A DNA stretch of 64,000 nucleotides from Patescibacteria group bacterium (lineage in GTDB: Bacteria > Patescibacteriota > Patescibacteriia > Patescibacteriales > UBA12465): NCBI GenBank assembly GCA_034002925.1, contig JAVEZP010000003.1, positions 11,712-75,711 of the forward strand, given 5' to 3'. Positions 26,222 to 36,187 of the stretch are shown piece by piece (the stretch's first letter is position 1; every line of letters starts with the position of its first letter). The position numbers were made by a program, and so were the translations under genes. The notes beneath the pieces were generated by a model, which saw only the letters and a program-made list of their open reading frames with translations, did not search any database and had not been told where the DNA came from.

Positions 26222-26965
26222 ATGAAAATTTTAGAAATCAAAAACTTAAAAGTCGCAGCTGGTGAAAAAGTTATCTTACATAATATTAATTTTAATATTA
26301 ATGAAGGTGAAAGTGTGGTTATTATGGGTCCTAACGGTTCAGGTAAAAGTACTTTAGCTAATGTGTTAATGGGTCATCCTGATTATCAAGTTCTAGAAGG
26401 TGAGATTATTTTTAAAGGAAAAAATATTACTGATGCTAAACCGGAAGAAAGAGCACAGGCTGGTTTATTTCTTTCTTTTCAAGAACCACGTGAAATTGCT
26501 GGTTTAGAGTTGTTTCCTTTTTTATTTGATTCATATAAATCTCTACGTACTGCCAAAGGAGAGAAAGAAGAAAGTGTCTTCGCTTTTAAGGATAAATTAG
26601 ATGAGGAATTAAATAGATTAGGAATTAAGGATGATTGGTCTTCTCGTCAACTAAATCAAGATTTTTCTGGTGGCGAAAAAAAGAAATCAGAATTATTGCA
26701 ATTAGCTTTAGCTCAGCCCGATTTAGCGATTTTTGATGAAATTGATTCAGGTTTAGATGTTGATGCTTTAGAAGTAGCTGGTCAAGCGCTTAAACGCTTT
26801 AAAGAAGCAAAAAAGAGTTTATTAGCAGTGACTCATTATCAAAGAGTTTTAAAATATATCAAACCAGATTTAGTAATTGTGATGTCTCAGGGCAAGATTG
26901 TTGAACAGGGTGGAGCGGAATTAGCAGCTCGTTTAGAACAAGAAGGTTTTTCTCAGTTTAAATAA
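26222..26965 (+). CDS. sufC: Fe-S cluster assembly ATPase SufC
   Basis: GPNGSGKSTL, FSGGEKKK, AIFDEIDSGLD. HPDYQVLEGEIIFKG is typical of SufC. Confidence 0.92.
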   Translation: MKILEIKNLKVAAGEKVILHNINFNINEGESVVIMGPNGSGKSTLANVLMGHPDYQVLEGEIIFKGKNITDAKPEERAQAGLFLSFQEPREIAGLELFPFLFDSYKSLRTAKGEKEESVFAFKDKLDEELNRLGIKDDWSSRQLNQDFSGGEKKKSELLQLALAQPDLAIFDEIDSGLDVDALEVAGQALKRFKEAKKSLLAVTHYQRVLKYIKPDLVIVMSQGKIVEQGGAELAARLEQEGFSQFK

Positions 26966-26968
26966 TCT

Positions 26969-28363
26969 ATGAATGAAGAGATAAATTCCCATGATTCTCT
27001 GTGGGATGAATATAATCAATCTGAATATATGAAAGACTCTCGTCCAGGCTTGGATGAAGAGTTGATTCGTTTTATCTCTGCTGAAAAGAAGGAGCCGGCT
27101 TGGATGTTAGAAAAACGCTTAGCTTCTTTTGGGGTTTTTCAAGAGATGTCTCTACCAACTTGGGGGCCCAGTTTAGAAAGCCTAGATTTAGATAAAATTA
27201 CTTATTATGCTCGGGCTAGTGACAGGCAGGCAGAGAGTTGGGATGATGTGCCTGAAGATATTAAGCGTACTTTTGATAAACTGGGTATTCCTAAGGCTGA
27301 GCAAGAGGTATTAGCGGGAGTGGGGGCGCAGTATGAGTCAACAGTTATTTATCATAGTTTAAAGGCAGAATATAAAAGAAAAGGTGTAATTTTTGAAGAT
27401 TTAGATGTGGCCGTGCAAAAATATCCAGAATTAGTGGAGCCTTATTTTATGAAACTGATGCCGGCATCATTACATAAATTCGCGGCTTTGCATGGTGCAG
27501 TTTGGAGCGGTGGCACTTTTTTATACATTCCTAAGGGGGTGAAGCTTAAGGAGCCCTTACAAGCCTATTTCCGGATGAATGCTAAAGGTATGGGTCAATT
27601 TGAGCACACTTTAATTATTGTTGAGGAAGGTGCTCAAGCTCATTATATTGAAGGTTGTAGCGCGCCTCGCTATGGGGTTGATTCCTTACATGCGGGTGGC
27701 GTGGAAATATATGTTAAAGAAGGAGCTCGTTTTCGTTATAGCAGTGTGGAAAGCTGGAGTAAAGATGCCTATAATTTAAATACTAAACGGGCTTTAGTAG
27801 AGAAAAAAGCCCATATGGAATGGGTGGGAGGTAATTTTGGTAGCAATGTTACTATGCTTTATCCTTGTTCTATTTTAGTAGGTGAGGGAGCGACGGCTGA
27901 TCATTTAGGAGTGGCTTTTGCTAATGAAGGTCAAATTCAAGATACGGGCGCTAAAGTGATTCATGTCGCTAAAAATACTGGCTCGAACATCATTATGAAA
28001 AGTATTAGTAAAAATGGAGGTAAAGCTTTATATCGCGGTTTAGTCGAGGTGAAGCCAGGAGCGACTAATGCTGCTATTTCCGTTAAGTGCGACGCTTTAC
28101 TTTTAGATGCTATTTCTTCTTCTGATACTGTACCAGTGATGAAAATTCATGATGCTAGTGCCGCCATTGCTCATGAAGCGAGTGCGGGTAAAATTAATGC
28201 GGAGGATTTATTCTATCTCCGTAGTCGTGGTTTAAAAGAAGAAGAAGCGGCTGCCATGATTGTTAACGGCTTTATTGAGCCTATTACTAAAGAATTACCT
28301 TTAGAGTATTCTGTAGAGATGAATAGAATGGTGGAATTAGAAATGGAAGGTAGCGTTGGTTAA
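26969..28363 (+). CDS. sufB: Fe-S cluster assembly protein SufB
   Basis: FEHTLIIVEEGAQAHYIEGCSAP and HEASAGKINAEDLFYLRSRGL. Length and operon position fit. Confidence 0.92.
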   Translation: MNEEINSHDSLWDEYNQSEYMKDSRPGLDEELIRFISAEKKEPAWMLEKRLASFGVFQEMSLPTWGPSLESLDLDKITYYARASDRQAESWDDVPEDIKRTFDKLGIPKAEQEVLAGVGAQYESTVIYHSLKAEYKRKGVIFEDLDVAVQKYPELVEPYFMKLMPASLHKFAALHGAVWSGGTFLYIPKGVKLKEPLQAYFRMNAKGMGQFEHTLIIVEEGAQAHYIEGCSAPRYGVDSLHAGGVEIYVKEGARFRYSSVESWSKDAYNLNTKRALVEKKAHMEWVGGNFGSNVTMLYPCSILVGEGATADHLGVAFANEGQIQDTGAKVIHVAKNTGSNIIMKSISKNGGKALYRGLVEVKPGATNAAISVKCDALLLDAISSSDTVPVMKIHDASAAIAHEASAGKINAEDLFYLRSRGLKEEEAAAMIVNGFIEPITKELPLEYSVEMNRMVELEMEGSVG

Positions 28364-28368
28364 TCTTT

Positions 28369-29112
28369 ATGCATAATAATAAATTAAACAACAAGATAGA
28401 AAAAAGAGTTTTAAAAGATGGTGATTTTATTATTGAAAGAACTAGTCAAAAAGACTTTGCTCAAGCTCTGTCTTTTCAAATTGAAGAGGGAGCAAAAGTT
28501 AGCTATCTATTAATAGTGGATGAAGCTTTTGATTTAGCGGTTACAAGACAATGGGATTTGCAAAATAATTCTTCTTTAGATTCTCGTCGTCTCTTTTTGC
28601 AAGATAAGGCTCATCAGACTTGGAGTTTTCAACATGAAATTGGCAGTAAAGCTGTATTAAACAGTCGGTCGCTTTTAATTGGTATGACCGATGAGCAGTT
28701 TAATTTAAATTCTGTCTATAATTTTTCTGGTCAGGCAAGTTTTGGTCGAGTCAATATTGATTCTTTGTTAACATCTAAAGCGCAATTAAATTGTGTAGCT
28801 GATGTTAATGTTTTGCCCACTGCTCAACAAAGTGATACACGGGTTGATATGACTTTACGTTTAGAAAGTGATGAAGCCAAAGGGGAGATGACCCCAGGTT
28901 TAAATATTGCGGCTAATGATGTCAAGGCTGGGCATAGCGCTGGTACCTTTCGTTTAAAAGAAGAGGATTTATTTTATCTCCGCAGTCGTGGTTTGTCTGC
29001 CCAGCAAATTAGAAATTTATTTATTCTTTCTTTAGCTCAATCTTTTGCAGCTGATTTAAAAGATGTGAAGCTCAAAGAAGAGCTTTTGGCTTTAATCAAT
29101 AATTATTTATAG
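28369..29112 (+). CDS. sufD: Fe-S cluster assembly protein SufD (short form)
   Basis: C-terminal beta-helix block DVKAGHSAGTFRLKEEDLFYLRSRGL is paralogous to SufB. Only 247 aa. Confidence 0.75.
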   Translation: MHNNKLNNKIEKRVLKDGDFIIERTSQKDFAQALSFQIEEGAKVSYLLIVDEAFDLAVTRQWDLQNNSSLDSRRLFLQDKAHQTWSFQHEIGSKAVLNSRSLLIGMTDEQFNLNSVYNFSGQASFGRVNIDSLLTSKAQLNCVADVNVLPTAQQSDTRVDMTLRLESDEAKGEMTPGLNIAANDVKAGHSAGTFRLKEEDLFYLRSRGLSAQQIRNLFILSLAQSFAADLKDVKLKEELLALINNYL

Positions 29113-29113
29113 T

Positions 29114-30322
29114 ATGCTAGATTATCGTTCTCATTTTCCTTTGCTATCTCGTCAGCATAATAACAAAGCCTTAGTTTATTTTGATAATGCCGCTACTACG
29201 CCTAAGCCAGAATTAGTGATTGAAGCGGTTAATAAATATTATCGAGAGCATAATGCTAATATTCATCGGGGACCTAATTTTTTAGCAGAAGAAGCCACTG
29301 ATTTATTTGAAGATAGTCGAAAGACAGTCGCTCAATTTATTGGTGCAGATCATAAAGAAATTATTTTTACTAGTGGCGCCACCGCTGCTTTTAATCTTTT
29401 GGCCCGAGTTTTAGGAGAGGCTAATTTAAAAACAGGTGATGTAGTTGCTATTAGTCAGGCGGAGCATCATGCTAACATCGTGCCTTGGTTGCAGCTTAAA
29501 GAAAAAATAGGAATTGAGCTAAAATATATTAAAGTGAATGAATTAGGTGATTTTGAAACATCTAGCTTGGATAATATTTTAAATGATACAAAACTGCGTA
29601 TTCTTTCTTTAACTCAAGCTTCCAATGTCTTAGGGCATTTATATGATCTTAAAGATATTTTAGCTAGAGCAAAAGAGCGGGGAGTAATAACTATAGTTGA
29701 TGAGGCACAAAGTATTGCTCATCATGAACTAAATGTAAAAGATTTAGGTGCTGATTTTGTAGTTTTTTCTGGTCATAAATTATTTGCTCCCAGTGGGATA
29801 GGTGTTTTGTATGGTCGCTTTGAACTGTTAGACAAAATGCCAACTTTTTTTGGTGGTGGCAGCATGATAAGCGAAGTAAAGGAGCAATCCTTTCAATCAA
29901 TTGAGGCGCCTTATAAATTTGAAGCCGGTACTCCTAATATTGAAGGGGTAATTGGACTAGGAGCTGCTTGTCGCTATTTACAAAGTATTGGTTGGGAGCT
30001 AATTAATCAACAAGAAGAAGAATTGGCACAATATTTTTTAAAGAGTTTAGAACAATATCCTTTCTTAAAGCTCTTAGGTGGAAAAAATAATCGTTTGCCG
30101 CTATTTTCTTTAGTATTAGAGGGCGCACATCCCCATGATATGTCTGATTTGTTGGGAGAAGAAGGAATTATTACTCGCGCTGGTCATCATTGTGCCCAGC
30201 CTTTACATGAATCATTAGGAATTAACTCAAGTTTAAGAGTTAGTCTTGCTTTTTATAATACCACCTTAGAAATTGATTATTTTTTTGAAAAATTAATCGC
30301 TATTAAGGCAAAGCTGAGTTAA
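29114..30322 (+). CDS. sufS: Cysteine desulfurase SufS
   Basis: YFDNAATT, HHANIVPW, FSGHKLFAPSGIGVLYG (PLP Lys), RAGHHCAQP (catalytic Cys). Confidence 0.9.
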   Translation: MLDYRSHFPLLSRQHNNKALVYFDNAATTPKPELVIEAVNKYYREHNANIHRGPNFLAEEATDLFEDSRKTVAQFIGADHKEIIFTSGATAAFNLLARVLGEANLKTGDVVAISQAEHHANIVPWLQLKEKIGIELKYIKVNELGDFETSSLDNILNDTKLRILSLTQASNVLGHLYDLKDILARAKERGVITIVDEAQSIAHHELNVKDLGADFVVFSGHKLFAPSGIGVLYGRFELLDKMPTFFGGGSMISEVKEQSFQSIEAPYKFEAGTPNIEGVIGLGAACRYLQSIGWELINQQEEELAQYFLKSLEQYPFLKLLGGKNNRLPLFSLVLEGAHPHDMSDLLGEEGIITRAGHHCAQPLHESLGINSSLRVSLAFYNTTLEIDYFFEKLIAIKAKLS

Positions 30323-30327
30323 ATTTT

Positions 30328-30705
30328 ATGGATATCTACGCGCACAATATTTTAGATCACTATAAAAATCCAAGGAATAAGGGTGTTTTAAATGAGGCTG
30401 ATGCCTCTTGTCGTTCTCTTAACAGTAGTTGCGGAGATGAAGTGACTGTTTTTGTTAAGATGAAAGGAGAGAAAATGGATAAAATTAGTTTTGAAGGTCA
30501 TGGTTGCGCGGTAGCGATGGCAGGCATGTCTATTTTAAGTGAAGCTTTAATTGGCAAAACGGTAGCAGAGATTATGACGATGGACTTAAGTGATGTTCAA
30601 AAATATTTAGGTATAAATATTAGCCCTCGCCGTCATAAATGTGCCTTAATTGGCTTACAGTCTTTACAGGGAGCCTTAAAAGCTAGAACAGAGAATAAAA
30701 GATAA
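30328..30705 (+). CDS. sufU: SufU/IscU-like sulfur-transfer scaffold
   Basis: ILDHYKNPRN, SCGDEVTVF, GHGCAVAMA, RRHKCALIG. Confidence 0.85.
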   Translation: MDIYAHNILDHYKNPRNKGVLNEADASCRSLNSSCGDEVTVFVKMKGEKMDKISFEGHGCAVAMAGMSILSEALIGKTVAEIMTMDLSDVQKYLGINISPRRHKCALIGLQSLQGALKARTENKR

Positions 30706-30711
30706 TTAATT

Positions 30712-31257
30712 ATGGTTTTAGATGCAAAAACTTTACGCTCTCTTGGTGCAGAGGAGGCGGAAAAAATTAGAAAAAAAAGACGGCGTCATCCTGTCTATAT
30801 TATTTTAGAAGATGTGCTTGATACCTATAATATCGGGGGCTTTTTTCGTTTAGCTGATGCTATTGCGGCTGAAAAAGTATATCTTTGTGGTGATTGCGCT
30901 ATTCCGCCGGATCACAAGATTGTGAAAGCGTCAGTTGGCACCTATCAATTAGTTGACTGGGAATATTGTAAAGATGCGCTCACAGCTATCAAAAAGTTGA
31001 AGCGTAAAAAAGTTAAAATTATTGCTGTTGAACAAAGTAAGGAGGCGCGAGATTTTCGGGAAATAGAACAAAGTTTGCCCGTAGCTTTTGTCTTTGGTAA
31101 TGAGAGTTATGGTGTGAAAGAAAAAACCTTAAAAAAAGCCGATGCAACAGCAGAAGTGCCAATGCACGGCTTTAATAAATCTTTAAATGTGATGGTGGCG
31201 GCTGGTATTGTCTTATATCATTTTATCGATTCGCTTCCGCCTCGCTCTGTAAAGTGA
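30712..31257 (+). CDS. SpoU/TrmH family RNA 2'-O-methyltransferase
   Basis: ILEDVLDTYNIGGFFRLADA, FVFGNESYGV, IPMHGFNKSLNVMVAAGIVLY. Confidence 0.8.
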   Translation: MVLDAKTLRSLGAEEAEKIRKKRRRHPVYIILEDVLDTYNIGGFFRLADAIAAEKVYLCGDCAIPPDHKIVKASVGTYQLVDWEYCKDALTAIKKLKRKKVKIIAVEQSKEARDFREIEQSLPVAFVFGNESYGVKEKTLKKADATAEVPMHGFNKSLNVMVAAGIVLYHFIDSLPPRSVK

Positions 31258-33001
31258 GCCAATATTCTTCTTTGTCAGCTATTCTTCTATTAATCTCTTC
31301 TAACTCTTGATTTTTCTGCGGGTTATATTCCTTGTAGTGTTCTAAAAAATAGTTCAGTAATTCTTGTTTATAAATTTGCATTTTTTCCAATTCTTTCTCT
31401 AGGGATTGGATTTTTTTCTGTCTTTGTTTATTTTCTAGATAACGTTCTTTAGATATTTTTTTCTCAATACTAGGAGTAATTTTGTTTTCCAGTTGTTCTT
31501 TTTGCTGAATTTTAAGATGACGTTCTAAGTGTTTGATATAATCAGCGTAATCTTCATGTTTAGGTTTAGCTTTGCCATTATCTATTTCTAAAATAGTAGT
31601 TGCAATCTTCTGAGAAAAAGAACGATCATGACTAGCAAAAAGAACACTCCCTTCATAGCTTTTTAAAGCTTTTGCTAGAGCTTCACTAGTTTCAAAATCA
31701 AGATGACAAGTTACTTCATCAAGTAATAAAACATCTGGTTTAGAAAGTAGAATGGCGGCTAGAAGTAGTCTTGACTTTTCTCCTCCTGAGAGAACGCTAA
31801 TGACTTTTTTAAGTTCTTCATCTTTAAAGAGAAAATCACCCGCCATTTTTAAAACTGCTTCGGTTTTAATTTCGGGTGAAGCAAGGCGACGAAGATAGTC
31901 TCCAGCTTGTTCTAGGGGGTTTAATTTTTCCATTTCTTCTTGACTGTGAAGGGCAATACGACTGTCACTTGACCAATGATATGAGCCAGAGAGGGGAGGG
32001 AGATTAGCACTTAAAGTTTTAAGCAAGGTGCTTTTGCCTTGGCCATTTAAACCTAAAATAGCTAGTTTTTCTCCGGCTTTAAGATCTAGATTAATATCCT
32101 CTACCACGCTTTTATCTTGATAGCCAATACTAAGATTAGTGCTTTTTAAAACAAAATTATTTTTTTTCACTACTTTTGGAATGTTAATCCTTTGTAGTCC
32201 GGCTTCATTTTCAATCTTTATCCGTTTTTCTTCTAGTTTGCTGATTTTTCTCATCATAGCCTGAGCTTGTTTAGCCTTGGAAGCTTTAGAACGAAAACGG
32301 TTGATAAAATCTTGCCAATGTTCTTGTTGTCTTTCTAAGCTTTCATTGGCTTTAATCATAGTGGCTAGTTTTTGAGCCTTGAAGCTCAAATAAGCTTCAA
32401 TAGGCCCAGGATAGTGATAGCAGCCGGTTTTAGATATTTCGATAGTTTCTTTGCAGCTTTTTTTTAGAAATTCTCGGTCATGAGAGATAATTAAGAAACT
32501 ACCGTTATATGAGCGTAAATAGTTTTCTAAAAGTAAGACGGTGTTTAAATCAAGATAGTTACTGGGCTCGTCTAGTAGAAAGAGATTGGGTTCTTGAAGG
32601 AGCATACCGCTTAGTTTAAGACGCATGCGCCAACCACCAGACAGGCTATCGGCTTTTTGTTCTAATTTATCTGCTCTTAATTCAAATTTACTCGCCACTT
32701 GTCGTGCTCTCCATTCTGCTTGACCACTTAATCTTTCTAAATATTGTAAAGCGCTTTCTTCTTTATTCCAGTCATCATGTTGTTTTAAATAGCCAATTTT
32801 AGCATTGTCGTGAATGATAATCTGACCCTCATCAGCTTGTTCTGTTTGAGTGATGATGCGAAATAGAGTTGATTTACCAGCGCCATTGCGACCAATAATA
32901 CCAATTTTCTGTTTATCGCTAACAGCAAAAGAAAGATTACTAAAGATTTTTTCTCCGCCATATTCTTTTCCTAGCTTTTGTACTTGCAAGAGAATGGGCA
33001 T
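31223..33001 (-). CDS. ABC-F family ATPase (two ABC cassettes, no TM domain)
   Basis: Two Walker A sites (GRNGAGKST, GLNGQGKST), two LSGG signatures and a C-terminal coiled coil. 35-nt convergent overlap with the SpoU gene. Confidence 0.85.
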   Translation of the reverse strand: MPILLQVQKLGKEYGGEKIFSNLSFAVSDKQKIGIIGRNGAGKSTLFRIITQTEQADEGQIIIHDNAKIGYLKQHDDWNKEESALQYLERLSGQAEWRARQVASKFELRADKLEQKADSLSGGWRMRLKLSGMLLQEPNLFLLDEPSNYLDLNTVLLLENYLRSYNGSFLIISHDREFLKKSCKETIEISKTGCYHYPGPIEAYLSFKAQKLATMIKANESLERQQEHWQDFINRFRSKASKAKQAQAMMRKISKLEEKRIKIENEAGLQRINIPKVVKKNNFVLKSTNLSIGYQDKSVVEDINLDLKAGEKLAILGLNGQGKSTLLKTLSANLPPLSGSYHWSSDSRIALHSQEEMEKLNPLEQAGDYLRRLASPEIKTEAVLKMAGDFLFKDEELKKVISVLSGGEKSRLLLAAILLSKPDVLLLDEVTCHLDFETSEALAKALKSYEGSVLFASHDRSFSQKIATTILEIDNGKAKPKHEDYADYIKHLERHLKIQQKEQLENKITPSIEKKISKERYLENKQRQKKIQSLEKELEKMQIYKQELLNYFLEHYKEYNPQKNQELEEINRRIADKEEYWLTLQSEAEANR

Positions 33002-33002
33002 A

Positions 33003-33491
33003 TTAATTACTGATTGCTAATATCTGATAGTTTTTGCCGTTAATTGAGACTATCTCGCCTACGCTTTTACCTAATAGGGCAGAGCCAAGGGGGGAGAGAT
33101 GAGAAATTATACCTTGACTAGGATTACTTTCGCTCCCACCTAAGATTGTATAATTTTTGTGACCACTAGCACTTTTCAGACTGACAGTATGGCCAATTTG
33201 AACGACTGAGATGTCTTCGTCACCAATAATTATTTCCGCTTTACGGAGACGATCAGTGATTTCAAGAATGCGTTGATTTAAGCCACGCAAACGTCCTTTG
33301 GCCAATTGATAGCCGGCATTTTCTGAGAAATCTCCCATTTCTGCCAATCTTTTGACTTCTTTAGCTAAGCTTGGTCTTTTAGCGGTGAGACGAACAATTT
33401 CAGCTTCAAGCTCCCGATATTTACTCGGGCTGAGATAGTAGTCTTTAGGGGCGAAGACACGGCTGTCGCCTTTTCTAATGGGTACACGCAT
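33003..33491 (-). CDS. greA: Transcription elongation factor GreA
   Basis: GDFSENAGYQLAKGRLRGLNQRILEI coiled-coil tip plus C-terminal globular domain (ISHLSPLGSALLGK). Confidence 0.9.
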   Translation of the reverse strand: MRVPIRKGDSRVFAPKDYYLSPSKYRELEAEIVRLTAKRPSLAKEVKRLAEMGDFSENAGYQLAKGRLRGLNQRILEITDRLRKAEIIIGDEDISVVQIGHTVSLKSASGHKNYTILGGSESNPSQGIISHLSPLGSALLGKSVGEIVSINGKNYQILAISN

Positions 33492-33641
33492 ATGTGAATG
33501 ATTATGTGTTTATCATAGAGGAATAGGGGTTTAAAGGCAAGGATTTGGCGGATAATATTGGTTTACAAAGTCGTTTAAAAAGAGTAAAATTAAGCCATAG
33601 AATAAAAATTTATCTTTTCGTTATACTCAATTTGCTATAAT

Positions 33642-34508
33642 ATGACTAAGCCAAAAAAAACCACAAAAACTAAGAAAAAAAGCAAAAAAATGTTAAATCC
33701 ATTTTTTACAGACAAAGACTTTAAATTATATCAAGCTAATAGTTTGGAATTTTTGGCTACTTTAGAAGAGAATTCGGTTGATATGATTTTTGCTGATCCG
33801 CCCTATATGTTGTCTAATGGTGGTTTTTCAGTGCATGCTGGGAAAATGGTTAGTGTTAATAAGGGAGAATGGGATGTTAGCAATGGCCTTAAAAAAGACT
33901 TTGAATTTCAATTAGCGTGGATTCAGGCTTGTCACAGAGTGTTAAAACCTGGTGGCACAATTTGGATTTCTGGAACCTATCATTCTATTTATCAATGTGG
34001 CTTTGCTCTTCAGGTAAGCAAGTTTCATATTTTAAACGATATTGCATGGTTTAAACCCAATGCTTCTCCTAATCTAAGTTGTCGCTTTTTTACAGCTAGT
34101 CACGAAACTCTCATTTGGGCAAGAAAAGAATTAGTGCATCCTAAAACAGGTAAAAAGATTAATACTAAACATAAGTTTAATTATGATTTAATGAAAAATG
34201 GTCATTGGCCAGAGGACTTTTTGAAAAAACCTAATTTACAGATGCGTAGTGTGTGGTCAATGGGTACACCTAAGCCAGCAGAGAAAAAACACGGTAAACA
34301 CCCGACTCAAAAACCAATAGATTTATTAGTTCGTATTGTAATAGCTAGTACTAATAAGGGTGATTTAGTTATTGATCCATTCACTGGATCCTCCACAACT
34401 GGCTTAGCTTGTGTTTTAAATGATAGAAAATTCATTGGCATCGATTTGGAGAAGAAATATTTGGAGTTGTCTGTTAAGAGATATAAGGATTTATTAGGCA
34501 ATAAATAA
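33642..34508 (+). CDS. Beta-class N6-adenine DNA methyltransferase, DpnA (M2.DpnII)-like
   Basis: DMIFADPPYMLSNGG (motif IV) precedes DPFTGSSTTG (motif I). NLSCRFFT, ETLIWARK and GKHPTQKP blocks align with my recollection of DpnA. A TATAAT hexamer abuts the 33642 ATG, so ATG 33690 (MLNPFF) may be the real start. Confidence 0.85.
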   Translation: MTKPKKTTKTKKKSKKMLNPFFTDKDFKLYQANSLEFLATLEENSVDMIFADPPYMLSNGGFSVHAGKMVSVNKGEWDVSNGLKKDFEFQLAWIQACHRVLKPGGTIWISGTYHSIYQCGFALQVSKFHILNDIAWFKPNASPNLSCRFFTASHETLIWARKELVHPKTGKKINTKHKFNYDLMKNGHWPEDFLKKPNLQMRSVWSMGTPKPAEKKHGKHPTQKPIDLLVRIVIASTNKGDLVIDPFTGSSTTGLACVLNDRKFIGIDLEKKYLELSVKRYKDLLGNK

Positions 34509-34516
34509 ATATAATC

Positions 34517-36187
34517 TTGAATTTTATGAATAATGACATATATGCTGGTTCATATCTATATTCTTCAATTATAGATAAAGTTTCAGCAAAACATTTAATA
34601 CCAACGTTACAGCGGCCTTATGTCTGGACGGATAAAAAACAGGTGAAAAAATTTATTGAAGACATTTTAACTAGCAATGATTATTATTTTATTGGTAGTT
34701 TGGTTTTTGTTTTGTCGTCGAACGGGACCGTTGGAAGGGATGAGATTATAGATGGGCAACAGCGGATGATAACCATATCTTTAATTTTGATAGCAATAAG
34801 AGATCTAATTATAAAGCATAAAAAGGAGAAAAAATTAAACGATGCCTTGCGTGAAATTAGTGGTTTTTTAGAATTTGTAGATTCATATGATTTAAAAAAG
34901 AGCCCAAGAATAGAATTTTATGACAAAAGAACAAATAGTTTTTATATAAAATTATTAAAAGGAGAAGCCGGATCTCCTGAAACAGAAACACAAAAAAGAA
35001 TTTTAGATAATTATAATTATATTTATAAAGAGTTAGCTAAAAAGTGTGGCAAAAATATTGATGTAGAGATCACGAGTTTTTTGAACAAGATAAAAACGCT
35101 TAAGGTTATTGCTATAAGTTGTACAAATAATTCAATAGCATATGAATTGTTTGAGAGTATAAACGCTACCGGAATGTCATTGGCTAGCGTTGATTTAATT
35201 AAAAATTTTCTTTTTAAAAATGCATCAAAAGATAAGTCTTTACTATCTAAAGTTGAAACAAATTGGCAAAAATTAGAGGATATATTTTCAGACAATAGAG
35301 CACTTTTCAAAACATTTTTAAGACATCACTGGATAAGCAATGGCTATTATATTAGTCATTCTGGTTTATATTCTGATGTTGAAGTAAAACATAAAGAAAA
35401 AAAAATCACTTCGGTAAGCTATTCTGAGGAATTAGCACATGATGCAGTTACTTATGTGTCGTTGAGGACTGCCAATGCCGAGTCTTTAAGCAAGATACAA
35501 AAATGGAAAAGATTTGATGCAAAATCCGTTAAAGAGGTTCTTGAATTTCTTTCCTTTTTGAGCGTAGATCAGGTTTATGCCCCAATTTTATTTTTTTATA
35601 AAAATGAAAGCAAAGATAAGTTTAAAAAAATGCTTAATAGATTAGCAGCTTTTCAATTTTTGTATAAGTATATTGCAGGAAGCCCAAGTTCTGCGGAGAA
35701 AATATTTGCTGGCTTTGCTAAAAATAACAAGGATGTTAATACACTATTTCAAGAATTGCACAATTTAGTAAAGAACGGTCACGACGAGTTCGTAGAAAAT
35801 TTTTCAAAAAAAAGCATTTACAAAGTATCTAAAAGTGGAGATGTGCAGTTTGTTCTAGAGAGATATGTTTTTTCTAAGGGCGGGGCTCGATCATTCAAAG
35901 AGCCCACTATAGAGCATATAATAAGTCAATGTGATAAAGATGATGATTATGTCCATGAAATTGGTAATCTTACTATTTTTGAACTTAGTGAGAATTCTAA
36001 ATTGCCGACAAAATTTAAAGATAAAATTAGTATTTATAAAAAAAGTCCATATAAAGAGCATCAATTAATTTTAAAATATGATTTTGATAAAAATTATAAA
36101 AAATCTATCAAAAGAAGAACTGAAGATATAGCATCAGATGTTTATGATATTTTTGTTAATATTTTAAAGACCGGTAAAATTATATGA
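34517..36187 (+). CDS. DUF262/DUF1524 (GmrSD-like) putative modification-dependent nuclease
   Basis: N-terminal DUF262 (IPTLQRPYVWTDKKQVKKFIEDI, IIDGQQR). C-terminal DUF1524 His-Me finger-like (TIEHIISQ...IGNLTIFELSENSK). Possible ATG start at 26 nt further in, 34526. Confidence 0.8.
   Translation: MNFMNNDIYAGSYLYSSIIDKVSAKHLIPTLQRPYVWTDKKQVKKFIEDILTSNDYYFIGSLVFVLSSNGTVGRDEIIDGQQRMITISLILIAIRDLIIKHKKEKKLNDALREISGFLEFVDSYDLKKSPRIEFYDKRTNSFYIKLLKGEAGSPETETQKRILDNYNYIYKELAKKCGKNIDVEITSFLNKIKTLKVIAISCTNNSIAYELFESINATGMSLASVDLIKNFLFKNASKDKSLLSKVETNWQKLEDIFSDNRALFKTFLRHHWISNGYYISHSGLYSDVEVKHKEKKITSVSYSEELAHDAVTYVSLRTANAESLSKIQKWKRFDAKSVKEVLEFLSFLSVDQVYAPILFFYKNESKDKFKKMLNRLAAFQFLYKYIAGSPSSAEKIFAGFAKNNKDVNTLFQELHNLVKNGHDEFVENFSKKSIYKVSKSGDVQFVLERYVFSKGGARSFKEPTIEHIISQCDKDDDYVHEIGNLTIFELSENSKLPTKFKDKISIYKKSPYKEHQLILKYDFDKNYKKSIKRRTEDIASDVYDIFVNILKTGKII

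Noticed and set aside
28202-28995. Near-identical ~35-nt segments in sufB (about 28202-28236) and sufD (about 28963-28995)
   Set aside because: They encode the shared EDLFYLRSRGL block of the paralogous SufB/SufD beta-helix. This is ordinary paralogy, not a repeat element.
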